Source: Fistulifera solaris (lineage: Eukaryota). From it: DNA of 64,000 nt. A program made the translations under genes and the position numbers. Of this stretch, positions 1 to 11,212 are shown in pieces. The stretch covers positions 1,550,001-1,614,000 of the forward strand of contig AP026162.1 in the NCBI GenBank assembly GCA_030295235.1. The letters are read 5' to 3'. Numbering within the stretch: position 1 is the stretch's first letter; each line of letters opens with the position of its first letter. Below the pieces are notes generated by a model, which saw only the letters and a list, made by a program, of their open reading frames with translations, searched no databases and was not told the origin of the DNA.

Positions 1-734
1 GCGTGTCTAGGAGAGTTAGAGCAGAATGCGTTAGATCGCTTTTACAGCTTATGGTCTAATGGCGAGCCAATCGATTCGCACCTTTCAAAGGATGTTTGCG
101 ACTCCATCTGCACTTGCTTCACGACAGATCCATCGGTTTTATCATTCGCACTCATGTTGTTCCGTGTCATTATTTTGACGGCAAAGGCGGAGGATATGCT
201 GGATTGCCTAAACTGGATTCGATCAAACCTTGGGTCAGTAGAGAGTCCACTTCACACGTCGACAGCGGCACGTGCACTGGCTTGGACTTGTCTTGCTAAT
301 TGGATGTCTAAAACCTCAAAAGAGTCATCATTTGTAGACGAGTTGATTGATCTGGCTATAGCGGATTTACCACATGCTTCACAACCGCGTCCTGAAGTCA
401 GGCAAGCCGCGAGTGCCTTCCTTTTAACACTTTCTTGATGAGAATACAAGGTGTTGAATATCTAGATAACGAGATATCCGATGCCGAAGTAACCTTGCTC
501 TGTAGTGTTTTGGAGAGTATCACAGAAGAGCCGGATGCATTGGTCCAGTTACGCCGTCTAATGATTGCTGGGCGCATCCTCAAGCCTCGAACAGCTGTTA
601 AAACGTCAACAGTTAGTCTGGTGCAAGATCTAGGACTCGTGGAAGCGATAAGAGCAATTTCTCTGAAGTCACCTGAGTGCAAAATCGACGAGCAGTGTAA
701 AGCGCTGGCTACTGATCTTATACAAATACTATGA
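1..734 (+). CDS. 3' part of a helical-repeat protein (possibly PUL-domain type); 5' end lies outside the window
   Basis: ORFs 154-438 and 435-734 join if one T is added in the run at ~422-425; ARM/PUL-like text (EVRQAASAFL...LRRLMIAGRIL). Family identity is tentative. Confidence 0.45.
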
Positions 735-979
735 CACGTGAAATAGCGACTGTGGTATACTCCGTGAAGTCATAAGGACATGTTAGACAGCTTTAGTCTC
801 ACTAATGAAAAAATCTAATTTTTACTTGTCACGCGATTAAGTTTTCGAAAAGATTGCTGCGCACTTGAAGCCGAAACACAGCAAGCTGGTTGACATTCGC
901 CATCCAAAACACGCTGAAGGATTGCGGCTCAGAAGATGCAAAATCCATGGTACACCTTGTACGCACTTAATCCAATGAT

Positions 980-1993
980 TCATTCTTGCCATCTCATATA
1001 GTCTGGACTGTTGGCCCAAACAATGACGTTCCCATCGTAGCTGGCTGTTATGACTACTGAATTATTGGAACTTTTGGGATGAACAGCGACGGCACACGTT
1101 GGGCGCGTATGTCCCATGAGACTTTGAACACACGTACCATGCACCAGATCATACAAGATACACTGGCCGTCTTCCGATCCTGTTATTATTGTTGAATCAT
1201 CAGCCGTGACGCCACACATCAGTCCATACTGTCCGGCTGCATGATGCTTGTCGTAGGTGTTGACTAGCTCGCCCGAATTCACCTCCATTAAGCGAATGGT
1301 TCCATCCAAGCAAGAAACTACCAAATACTGACCATCGTGCGTCTGTGCCATGCTCGTTATCGGACTTGAGAAATCGTCGCACCGCAAAATCCCTTTCCGA
1401 AGATCGTACGTTCTTACAATGCCGTCAACACTGGCGGTTCGAATCAGTGCTTCATTGTCATTCTGCACCTTATGGACATCCGTCACAGAGTCCTTCGCCT
1501 CCTTCAAGATCTGTATTGGTTCGTAACTCCTACTTCGTCCATCCCATATTCGAACAGTTGCGTCATAAGACGCGGATAGGAAAGTCTCGGAGTCTGTGCT
1601 TATTGCAACCGCATTCACGCGGCCGCTGTGACCTTGTAATCTACGTTTAGCTTGCTTTGTAACAACATCAGAAACGACAACAGTCTTTTCCGAAGCTGAC
1701 GCTATTGTAGTCGATTTCTCGTCGATCGCGAGGGCCGAAATGGGATGAGTGATACCGTCTTCGTACACTTGAATAGGAAGAGCCCTCGGAATGGCATCGA
1801 TGGGGATATCATCCCCGCCGGCCCACGGGCGCGGAGGAAACGCAGGATCCAGTCGACTGGGATTCCATAAACGAACCTTTCGATCAACTCCCCGGTCAAA
1901 CAATATTTTCCATCGTCTGGTTATTTGAACACAGAACAAGAATGTGAGAGCATGTAGCAACAAACAACAAATTTGACGAGTCGTCAATGACAA
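980..1993 (-). CDS. WDR83: WD40-repeat protein, MORG1/WDR83-like
   Basis: GHSGRVNAV, SASYDATVRIWDGRSRSYEPIQILKEAKDSVT, TGSEDG match WDR83; N-terminus probably frameshifted near 1890-1920. Confidence 0.8.
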   Translation of the reverse strand: MSLTTRQICCLLLHALTFLFCVQITRRWKILFDRGVDRKVRLWNPSRLDPAFPPRPWAGGDDIPIDAIPRALPIQVYEDGITHPISALAIDEKSTTIASASEKTVVVSDVVTKQAKRRLQGHSGRVNAVAISTDSETFLSASYDATVRIWDGRSRSYEPIQILKEAKDSVTDVHKVQNDNEALIRTASVDGIVRTYDLRKGILRCDDFSSPITSMAQTHDGQYLVVSCLDGTIRLMEVNSGELVNTYDKHHAAGQYGLMCGVTADDSTIITGSEDGQCILYDLVHGTCVQSLMGHTRPTCAVAVHPKSSNNSVVITASYDGNVIVWANSPDYMRWQE

Positions 1994-2754
1994 TTATGAC
2001 CTCAGATCAAAGTGAAGGAATTTCTGGGCATCATCATTTGCATTGCACATGCAGATATGATGAAATAAGAAGCGTTTGCATCACTGGCTTTATTGTGAAT
2101 TGAATGAATGAACAAATAAAGTAAACGTACTTGTGAAGCAAATGGTTTGCGCAGGGCCTTCATGTCCTACTAGCCGCGAGACCGGGCACGATGGATACTT
2201 CACCGGCGCCTTTGGATTCAGCACTTTCATTTACATCCCCTGTTCTAGCTTCTTGCTTCATCGAAGTGTATAATCATTGGAAGGTCGCGCTCGCTGACTT
2301 TTCGCTTTATTGATCGAGGCTCTGCGCTCGTCGCATGCGGTTATTTATTTTTTAGAAGGCTTGAGTCCTGGTTCACCGGGACTGAAACGCTAGAAACTAT
2401 GTGTGTTCAATCTGAACCAGGGAAGTCCGCCAACTAAAACGTACACAAGAAATAATTCTAATTTTTATAAACTCAAAATCTATTAACTACACAGCTGTGC
2501 CGTGAAATTATGAAAATACTGAAGAAAAAGGATGCAAAACTTGATCGCGAAAGCATACAGGCACATGCGAGTACAAGTTACTTGTGGGGTAGTTTGTGAG
2601 GGAAGCTTGCTGATTTGCTCGTTCCAACTCCTTCTTTCGGATGTAAAGCAACATCTCTGTGTTCTCCTTTTCCAACGTACGAAGTTGCTGCGTGCACATG
2701 ACAACTTTAGCCGAAGTTAACTATCATCATTAAATTAAGAAGAGCTTTCATCAA

Positions 2755-4890
2755 CTATTGCCTGCTGATCAATTCAATTGGAAATGTAGATGCTTGCTTC
2801 CCAAATATTTGTTCATAAGCAAGTCGTCTAAGTGTGTCATTAAAGGGGTCTTCTTTACGGGCTCGTCTCAAGTCATCCAAGCCCTTTTGTACTGTTTGTT
2901 TGGCGTCACGGTAAACTTTCTCGCAAGCGTCTCTGTCGTTGGGATCTAACTCACGGGTGTAAATCGGTTTCCCAAAAATAAAATAGTTCCGTTCTGGAAA
3001 AGCCGGTGTAAATATAGGAAACCCCATATTTTCTTCCCCCTTCTTAGTATCGTACCTAGCAGCCGTCACGTTCAATGATCCTTCTCTCAGTCTTTTCCCA
3101 ATGAACGGCAGGTTGAAAGATTCCTCCACTTCCAGTATGCCATTTACACTATCCACCATACCGATCGCACTAAAGGGTATAATGGTTGCATTGAAACGGG
3201 CGGCAGTTCGTACAAAATCCACCTTTTCGGGCCACTTCAAAGCATAATCTTTGCTGATCGAGAGCGCTTCTTTCGCACCACCAGGAAACAACATGGTCGG
3301 TTGACCGGATTGCAGAAGACGATAAAAGTTACGAGGAGTCACCGGTACTGCACCAAAAGCTTGAAAGTTACGTGCAAAGTTGCCCGATTCCTTGATTCCG
3401 GCGGTGCGGCCTTTGAGCTCGTTGAACGGCCCAAAACCCACAGCGACAGGATGGGCCAGCCCCGTGGAATCTTATTCTTTTCTTTGAGCATTTGAGCGAA
3501 TATTAAGTTCAAATCCAAAGCGACTTGACGCGGAACGAAATGCGATATTTCAGAAACAGCTTCGAGATTGATCCAGTCGCAACGCTGATCGGATTTACTT
3601 ACAAAATTGATGATTACCGACGAACAGAACGGGACCATCCATGTCAATTTTTGACAAGCCCCTCCAACGATATCCATCGGAATCAGTACTAAAGAAAACA
3701 GGACTGTGTGCTCTTTCGAGAGGTCGAACAGTGCTTGCTAGGACCTCCTCCAATTCTTCTTCAGTTGGCATAGTCCAATCGAGAATGGGATCGTATGGTT
3801 TCTTCCCTTGATGCTTAAAAGGATCAATATTCGAGTACAATATGGCTTCCGTCAAGTTAACACTGTCATCCAAAACAAAGTGACCTCGATTTCTAACAAG
3901 TAATTTCTCTGAATGAGGAATTAACTTCAGTAACCTGTCACATTCCGTAGCTGAAGGTACGAGTGCATCTTCTTTCCCAGCAATGACTAAAGTGGGAACA
4001 TTGATTTGTTCCAAGCGAACAGCTGCCGTCCCAGGTAATAACCAACGAGTGACACGATGCTCGAGCAGCGATGCTGGCAAACGCTCTTCCGTCACTGCAA
4101 TGAGATGCTGCGCGGTCTCAAGTATGTTTTGAAGTAAGGCCGGGTTCGGTTGACGCAGTGATGGTAGACTGACTATAGTATCCAGAATGCGTTGTTGCTG
4201 CTGTCGATCTGGAATCGTTAGCCCAAGAATGAAACTTCCCAGTAGCCCATAGGGTGTTATGCCATCCGTTAACTCATTTTTCGGCAAAGCAGCCAGCAGC
4301 GGCACCAAAGTGTCCCACCATGTTTGGTCAAATGAGGTCGCCGGGTTGACGAGAACAAGACCTTCGAGTAAGTCCACTTTCCGCAAACGAATGGCTACCG
4401 CCGACGCAATTAATCCCCCACAGCTCTCTCCAATCAACGTCACCTTGCGTTCAGGTGTTGAAGTCTCCTTAATGAATAAAGCAACAGCGTCCACAACCTC
4501 TAGAAAAGTCGAGGTGTCATTCGGACTGATTACGAGTCTCCATGTTTCGAACGTTCTGGCCAAGTCATCAAATTGAGAGACGGCGGATATCCCGTATCCG
4601 TCCAAGCCTGGTAAATAGACTGCAAGTGGCTCGTTGCTGTTATCCAGACTATTGAGGTGCGAGGAATCTTGCCCATCGGAGGATGGAGGAGCGATATAGT
4701 CGAAGCGAAGTGTCGGCGTAATTTCCGTAGAAAGAGCCGACGGTCTCTCTAAATCCCGATACACTTGTTGAAACGAGTCAACGAGATCTTGTAAAGTTTG
4801 TGGTTGAGGGGAAACCAGGGCATGTGCCACGTGCAGTGTTACGACGAACAGTGCGCTTATGAACGTCGACAGAGAATTTATTTTCTTCAT
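2755..4890 (-). CDS. alpha/beta-hydrolase + DAGAT acyltransferase (phytyl ester synthase/ELT-like), with signal peptide
   Basis: YLPGLDG, GESCGG and GHFVL hydrolase motifs; VGNHQ and LFPGGAKEA acyltransferase motifs; intron 3524-3602 (GTAAGT...AG); a G-run indel at ~3460 restores PRGLAHP. Confidence 0.85.
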
Positions 4891-5322
4891 TCGTTCGTTT
4901 GTCCTTTTGAAGCTAGAAGAATCGGGTGCTTGTGAGCGAATCCCACTTTTGAAAGCAGCTTTCGAATACCTCAAAGGACCCGGGGCTTGTATTATATGTG
5001 GAGATGATCATAAGAGAGCTGACAACAAAACCGTTCGCGACCGGTCGCAACAACATTTTCGTCGTTGCAAATAAATAAACAAAACGCGCAAAAAATGCGA
5101 TGAGTCATACATCGTGACTCAAAAGGAACTCGTGACCCCAGCCAGCCTTTCTGGTCCGCGTCTGTCCGTTCTTCGAGTGCCCCGCACCAACCGAAAATAA
5201 TAATGAAGAAAAACAAAACAAAAATCCATTTCCCTCGTTGCAGATTTTGAAAGTGAATAAACAACCTTGTGCTTTAGCAATCTCCTCTTTTGTTTCCTCA
5301 TTTCCGGTTAGTCAGACGGATC

Positions 5323-5856
5323 ATGTGGAAGCCTGGATCCTCCAAGCCGAGAACCGCAGCAGACGGCAACGACCCTCTACAAGCCACAAATTCGACCCCC
5401 GCTTTGAAAGAACAAGAAGACACCACCAGTTCGAGTCAACAAAAAACACGACAGCTATCTGGTTTGACCATGAATATGAAATTCATGAAACGGAAAATAG
5501 ACGAGCAAGAGAATCATCGACGACATAGTCATGACGGTGTAATACACCGACAATCCGATCCAGAGGAAACGACATCACCTCTTTCGACGGAGCCATATCA
5601 GATGGCAACATCGACAGACATGTATTGCTACAACAATCTACTCGGAAGACGATCGTTCGGTAACTTTAATAAATTCATGGAATCAGCGTGGACAGCTTGC
5701 TACGAGCAGTCGAAACAAAGTAACAGTCGGCACGCAGCTACCGATGAAGAGCTATTGCAGCGTTACAAAGACTTTAGTAGGAGGAAAGCTGTCGGTAACG
5801 ACATTGATGATAGACCCGTAAAGCGGAGCAAACGGAGAGCCAAGCAGTCGCTTTAA
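5323..5856 (+). CDS. MPP6: M-phase phosphoprotein 6-like exosome cofactor
   Basis: LSGLTMNMKFMKRK and GRRSFGNFN resemble the two conserved MPP6 motifs; basic C-terminus. Confidence 0.7.
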   Translation: MWKPGSSKPRTAADGNDPLQATNSTPALKEQEDTTSSSQQKTRQLSGLTMNMKFMKRKIDEQENHRRHSHDGVIHRQSDPEETTSPLSTEPYQMATSTDMYCYNNLLGRRSFGNFNKFMESAWTACYEQSKQSNSRHAATDEELLQRYKDFSRRKAVGNDIDDRPVKRSKRRAKQSL

Positions 5857-5962
5857 GCGTGTGAAAGTTATGCTTATAACGTTGTCTTATTATGCAAATA
5901 AAGTCTATATTCGTTCGTTGTCAAAATTGCAAAAGAAAATAGTTCGTCGTAGACCATCAGGA

Positions 5963-6742
5963 CTACAGGTTGTCAGTCCCGGCAATTAGACCAATCTGAC
6001 GCAACTTCTCTAATGTCATATCCATGTCACCATCGTGATGGACGAATATACCGCCGGCGGCTTCCCATTTCTCACGGAGACATAGGCGATCGTCAATGAG
6101 TACAGCATTCGGACCGCTCTCGTAATGTTTGTTATCGGACCAACATGTGATGACATTACATTTGTCTGTAGACACTTTTCTCCCATTCATGTTCAAATGT
6201 GTGCGAAAATGGCCCGCCATATCAATGTGATTCACTTGCACTCCCAACTCGCGCTCACACCAGCGCAATTTCTCCACGCGTGATGAAGGGTGATTGGGGA
6301 CGCCGGTCAAAATATCGGGCTGCAAATGCCGAATGGCTTGCCAGAGACGCTTTCCATCGCGTGTCCAGGGTAGCCGTTCAAAAAACGCATCGGCTTCTTT
6401 GACTTTTTGCCACATCGTTGAGCGTTTGACCGGAATATGAAAACTGGAAAACTCCTTCGGTAAATCGGGGAATATACTCCGTATGCCTGCTTCAAAATCC
6501 ACTAGAACGCCATCCAAGTCACAGTATACGCGAATCTCGGGTTGCTCCGCAACTCTTTGTGATAGGTAGCTCGGATTGTTGCTGTAACTGAAAGACATGT
6601 CGGTCGTGTTCTGCCATTGCGGTATGCTTGTCGAAAAGGAGACCTTCAATGCCGCCGGTGCAACCATTCTCGAAGGACGAACCACAAACGAAGTTGCGGA
6701 TGCAATAAGAATGAATAGAGGAAAGAAGCCACGGGCAGTCAT
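5963..6742 (-). CDS. HAD-superfamily 5'(3')-nucleotidase-like protein, probably plastid-targeted
   Basis: YCDLDGVLVDF (DxD motif I), LIDD motif, WEAAGG; signal peptide followed by ATS-F transit start. Confidence 0.8.
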   Translation of the reverse strand: MTARGFFPLFILIASATSFVVRPSRMVAPAALKVSFSTSIPQWQNTTDMSFSYSNNPSYLSQRVAEQPEIRVYCDLDGVLVDFEAGIRSIFPDLPKEFSSFHIPVKRSTMWQKVKEADAFFERLPWTRDGKRLWQAIRHLQPDILTGVPNHPSSRVEKLRWCERELGVQVNHIDMAGHFRTHLNMNGRKVSTDKCNVITCWSDNKHYESGPNAVLIDDRLCLREKWEAAGGIFVHHDGDMDMTLEKLRQIGLIAGTDNL

Positions 6743-7330
6743 GGCCGGAAGAAAAAAAAGTAAAGTTCACAGAGAGGGTAAAAAAAAACAATGCTTTGTG
6801 CGAACTCCGAACTTTGTCAATGTCTGCAAACACCAACTCGATTCTCTTCTCCTTTCGCCTCTTCCTTGTTAGTCAGTAGCTATTCGATCGTTTGATTAAT
6901 GCAGTTCAAAGTGAATTCACATCGCTAACAGTCATTTCAGTCGTGATTTCCGTGATGGTTGCGTTGCGATATCGAAGAGGCGAGAAGAACGACATCATCA
7001 AAAAAATGCGCCGTCTTTTTTTTCTTCGGGATTGAGACGTCACCGTCACCAGGGTCAAGGCTTGTTTAGAGCACGCAGCAAAGCTGTAGCGCTGAACAGT
7101 AGTCTCGCGGACTCGACAAGTACAAATTGAGAGTTACTGTAAGTACCGCTACGCGCTATTTATGGTCGGAGTTTATACCGCCCCTCTTTCTCCTCCGCCT
7201 CGCGTCCGGATGTTGTTGACTTTTTGACCCTCTATCTTTTTGACCCTCGTCACCCTTGGCAAGCAAAACAATCCGTACTTCACTCATCCTCAAGGCGAGG
7301 CTCGGTCTACTGTTTGACGTTTTCGCAGAA

Positions 7331-8332
7331 ATGAATCAACGCATACGATACGATGGTTCTAGCGCCGATGAAGAACAACCGAGCAAACCTCGTCCTGTTT
7401 TAATTTCCGTATCGCAGGGTTCCTCTGCCTTGGCGGAATCGGAAGTGAGCCATGCGCATCCTCCGATACATGCTTCCGATTCCTTCGATCCCTTCGGAAT
7501 TGGTGAATTGCAGCAACAGAAGGCAGTGCCTTTCATTAAACCGCCCCCGAATGTGAGCCGCTTGAGTCGACCCAACAAAATTCTGCCGCCCAAAATGCTA
7601 ATCAAACTGACAATACACGAGCAAGTTTCGTCGGTGGCAAAGCCAGGAAAAGAACGAGAGGGAACTTCGGAAGTCACCATCGATGGTACTATTTATGCTC
7701 AAGTGCAATGCAGTGACGCGAATCGAAATGCTCCGTTCTCACTCAAAACGGGAGAATTAAGTTCCGGAACTTTAACTTTGTATCCCAATCAAGATTTTTC
7801 GGCTTCTCCGACAAAATGTGATGCGATTGAAGTTCCGAAGAAAGACGTTGGATATGTACCAGTTGCTTTCTATACCATCACAGATGAAATCGAGCACATG
7901 CCGGTTCTTCTCGAACGAAAGGTGACTGTACAAGAAAAGTCCGTTCGAATTGCCATCCAAGTTCGATCCAAACTGTCCAACTTAGGGAAAATGGAAGACT
8001 TTTCGATCGCATTGGCTATTCCAGAACGGGTAGATGGCAGCTCTGTGGAAGTGGTCCGCGGGGAGGGGCATTACGATGAGCTCAAGCGGACTGTCATTTG
8101 GAAGCTAGCATCGCTCAACAAGGGGGAAAGTTTTATGGTCAGTGCTAACGCAAATCTATGGACAGTATTGGGCCCGGAAGAAGATGTACAATTCCCGGTG
8201 ATTCTTCGGTGTAGTTCTTCAGCGGATCACATCAGCTCGCTCGACGTGCAGGTTACCGAATGCGCTGAACATCCAGCCTCTTTGACTATTCAGAAAGTTC
8301 ATTCCTTTCTATTACTGCATCGCTTGACGTAG
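7331..8332 (+). CDS. Mu-homology domain protein (adaptor/muniscin-like)
   Basis: Disordered N-terminus with DSFDPF, then a beta-rich domain (GHYDELKRTVIWKL, QFPVIL) typical of MHD folds. Confidence 0.6.
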   Translation: MNQRIRYDGSSADEEQPSKPRPVLISVSQGSSALAESEVSHAHPPIHASDSFDPFGIGELQQQKAVPFIKPPPNVSRLSRPNKILPPKMLIKLTIHEQVSSVAKPGKEREGTSEVTIDGTIYAQVQCSDANRNAPFSLKTGELSSGTLTLYPNQDFSASPTKCDAIEVPKKDVGYVPVAFYTITDEIEHMPVLLERKVTVQEKSVRIAIQVRSKLSNLGKMEDFSIALAIPERVDGSSVEVVRGEGHYDELKRTVIWKLASLNKGESFMVSANANLWTVLGPEEDVQFPVILRCSSSADHISSLDVQVTECAEHPASLTIQKVHSFLLLHRLT

Positions 8333-8446
8333 AAATTATCAACTATCATTATGATTGTGCTTGTATGACTAGAGCTTTTAAATCAACGCCTGTAATGAAT
8401 GAAGCTGAGATTGAATAATGTAGCCTGTTAAAGTTTGTCAATGTCT

Positions 8447-10022
8447 TTACTGCACGCCAGCCTCGACCATCATGCATTCTTCTTTTCCATCGAACTCAAC
8501 TTTCTCTTCTCCGTCATTTGTCGGATTAACCCTTGAAAGGGCTTCGCTGCATGCCTTTGCGAAAGCACAGATAGCATCGACAACATCAGGACGAACCCGA
8601 GTAACAGGTTGCTCAGAAACTTCTTTACCTTCAGCCTCAGCGTGCGAGCGCTTCCGCGATTCACTTTTCTCGAAGAGCCCGCAGTTTTCTAGGACGTAGT
8701 CTCTCGTCTGAAGAAACTTCCGAGAAACGCACTCGTCACATTCCCAATCGCCCTCGGGAATTTTCGCTAACTTTGGACGAAGACAAGTTGCGTGATACTC
8801 TTTGTTGCATCCATCGCAAATGAGCAAGCTCCCACCATCACCGCAAACGCAGCAAGCATCGACGCTATTCTCAGCATTGTTGAACCGCTCCATTCGCTCT
8901 TCGCAGCATACTGTCTTGAGCAATCGATAACCCTCAGATGCTTTGAAGGATCCCAAATAATAAGCTAGAGCTGTTTTCATTGGAATACCCATCTCACTTG
9001 CAACAGCCGACATGTTCTTGCGTTTCTTGAAGATCAAATCCGCAAACTGTTTTCTGGTCTTCTGATCCCAATCGGAGCCATCGATAGGTGTCAAATTCTT
9101 GGCAGCATCCGTGAATGCGTCAACGTTGAAGTTCTTTTCCATCAGAAGAATGTACGCTTCTTCTCGGACGTTGTACGGAATAGGTTTCATGAGCGTATCA
9201 ACATCTAGGCCTTTTTTCGAGGGCTGCGGCGGCACTCCAAACGAGGTCCGACCTAAACAGAATTTAGTCGAGAAAGAGTTGGCATCCATCTTCATCGCTG
9301 CAACACGTACCTTGCCGGACATTCTTCCTCCGTATAAACGCCAGCCTTCGGCAAACTATTGACTTGGAACTCGGCCCCTACACTGCTGCTCTTAGTTGGG
9401 TAATGTCTTCCTCCACGCTTCCAACTAAGATCAATGCCGTCATCATCAGCAACGCTTGATGTCTCGCTTTTCACGCCTTCCTTGGAGCGCAAACGCCGTG
9501 CCGGTAATCTCGGTGAGAGGACTGGCTTTTTGACAACTTGTTCACTCCTCTCCGCAACAAGTCAGCCACAGAAGACTCTAGGTCGTTTCGCCTTTCATTA
9601 AGGCGATCTACGACGTCCTTGATTCTACTATAGTAGTCAACGCCTTTCACGCCCGTTCCTGGGTCAATATCCTTAGGAACGAAAATTAATTCATCGTTGA
9701 ACAGTTGCTGTGGAAATTTTCGGTTAGAACAAACAAATAATAATGGAAAGATAGCCGAGAATGATTATCCTCTAAGGATTAAGGATCACATCGTATACAT
9801 AAGCAGATCGTCTGTCCGCCTTCACAAACCTACCTTCGTCCATCCGGCCGAAAAAAGCGCTGGCCAAGCCACCGTGTGAAATACCTCAATGACCTTTTCC
9901 TTTTCAATGTGCTTTGCAAAACCTGAATTCATGTCATCTTTATTTTCTTCAGTCTTTATTATTACGTTGTTGTCGGATGCGATATCCTCTTTGTTTTCGA
10001 TATTTGAAGTAACAACATCCAT
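8447..10022 (-). CDS. Chromatin protein with ELM2/SANT-like region and PHD finger (multi-exon)
   Basis: CCVCGDGGSLLICDGCNKEYHATC...WECDEC PHD finger; SSVGAEFQV ELM2-like motif; spliced/frameshifted ORFs between 8447 and 10022. Confidence 0.7.
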
Positions 10023-10357
10023 TGCTGTTATGCTAATAATGAAAAAATAATAGTAAGGCGACGAGATTTTTTTTGTGTTGGCTGAACGCGAAGCGAAGCG
10101 ACGTGTTGGCACCGACGCACAAAGATAGCGGGCGGGCGGGAACGTTGACTCATGACTCATGACTGAATTCCAGTCGGACATTTTGTTGTATACACTTTAT
10201 CCCAGAGTGCACTTCGGAACACGTAGCACGTAGGTCCCTTTCAGACACCCGGTACGACACATTTTTAATAAAAAATAAAACGACAACAAAACAAGCAACA
10301 AAAATAATAGGAGTACGTAATGATGAGCCGCGCGAAAGCTAAACGAAGACAAAAATA

Positions 10358-11152
10358 ATGAACTTGAATGATAAACCGTTATCGCTGCTGAAATGCCTAG
10401 TGACTGGCGCCTCTTCTGGCATTGGAAGAGAGACTTGTCGAGTTTTGTCATCCCAAGGGGCTCAAGTCGTGGGGATTGGGCGAAACGAGGCAGCTCTTTC
10501 TTCACTGAAAAGTGAAGGTGCAATCGTCGCATTTCTTGTAGCGGATTTGACGATACCAGGAGAATGCGAGCGGATCGTTACCGAAGCATCATCTGTATTA
10601 GATGGATTAACGACAGTTGTTAATGCTGCAGGAGTGTTGAAAGGTGGCGCAATGGGTAAAATCGATCTTGCCAACTATCACTACAACATGATTTGCAATA
10701 CACAAGCGCCTTTTGAAATCATGGTACACGCCATTCCTTTTTGAAGAGAAGCAAGGAGTTTTTCCCATCCATAGTTAATGTTAGCTCAGTGAACGGTAAG
10801 CAATCCTTTGCCGGCTGTGCTACTTACTGCATGAGTAAAGCTGCACTCGATCAGCTTACCCGATGTGCTAGTGTCGATCTTGCCGCGGACGGCATTCGAG
10901 TCAACTCTGTAAATCCTGGTGTGATCAAAACCAACCTACAAAAAAGCAGGAGGTCTTTCCGATGAGCAGTATCATGAATTTCTTGCTCGCAGTATCGAAA
11001 CCACGCACCCTATAGCTGCCAGTTTGGGAAGAGTCGGCGAGCCTGCCGAAGTTGGGGAGCTGATTGCATTTCTCGTTTCAGATAAAGCCAAGTTTATAAC
11101 TGGAGAGTGCATTGCTATCGACGGTGGCCGCCAGAATCTTGGAGCACGATAA
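10358..11152 (+). CDS. Short-chain dehydrogenase/reductase
   Basis: TGASSGIG, NVSS, YCMSK, VNPG and IDGG motifs spread over three frames, joined by homopolymer indels at ~10740 and ~10945. Confidence 0.9.
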
Positions 11153-11212
11153 TATATTGCCGCATCCTCGATATGTTCGTTTCTAGTAAAAGTTAAATTA
11201 CAAATATTATGA

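Noticed and set aside
2100..2720. Possible small gene or ncRNA between WDR83 and the acyltransferase
   Set aside because: Only ~60-70 aa ORFs with no motif and no recognisable RNA structure; unsupported.
10358..11152. Programmed ribosomal frameshifting in split genes
   Set aside because: Breaks occur in both directions at homopolymers across many unrelated genes; sequencing error is simpler.
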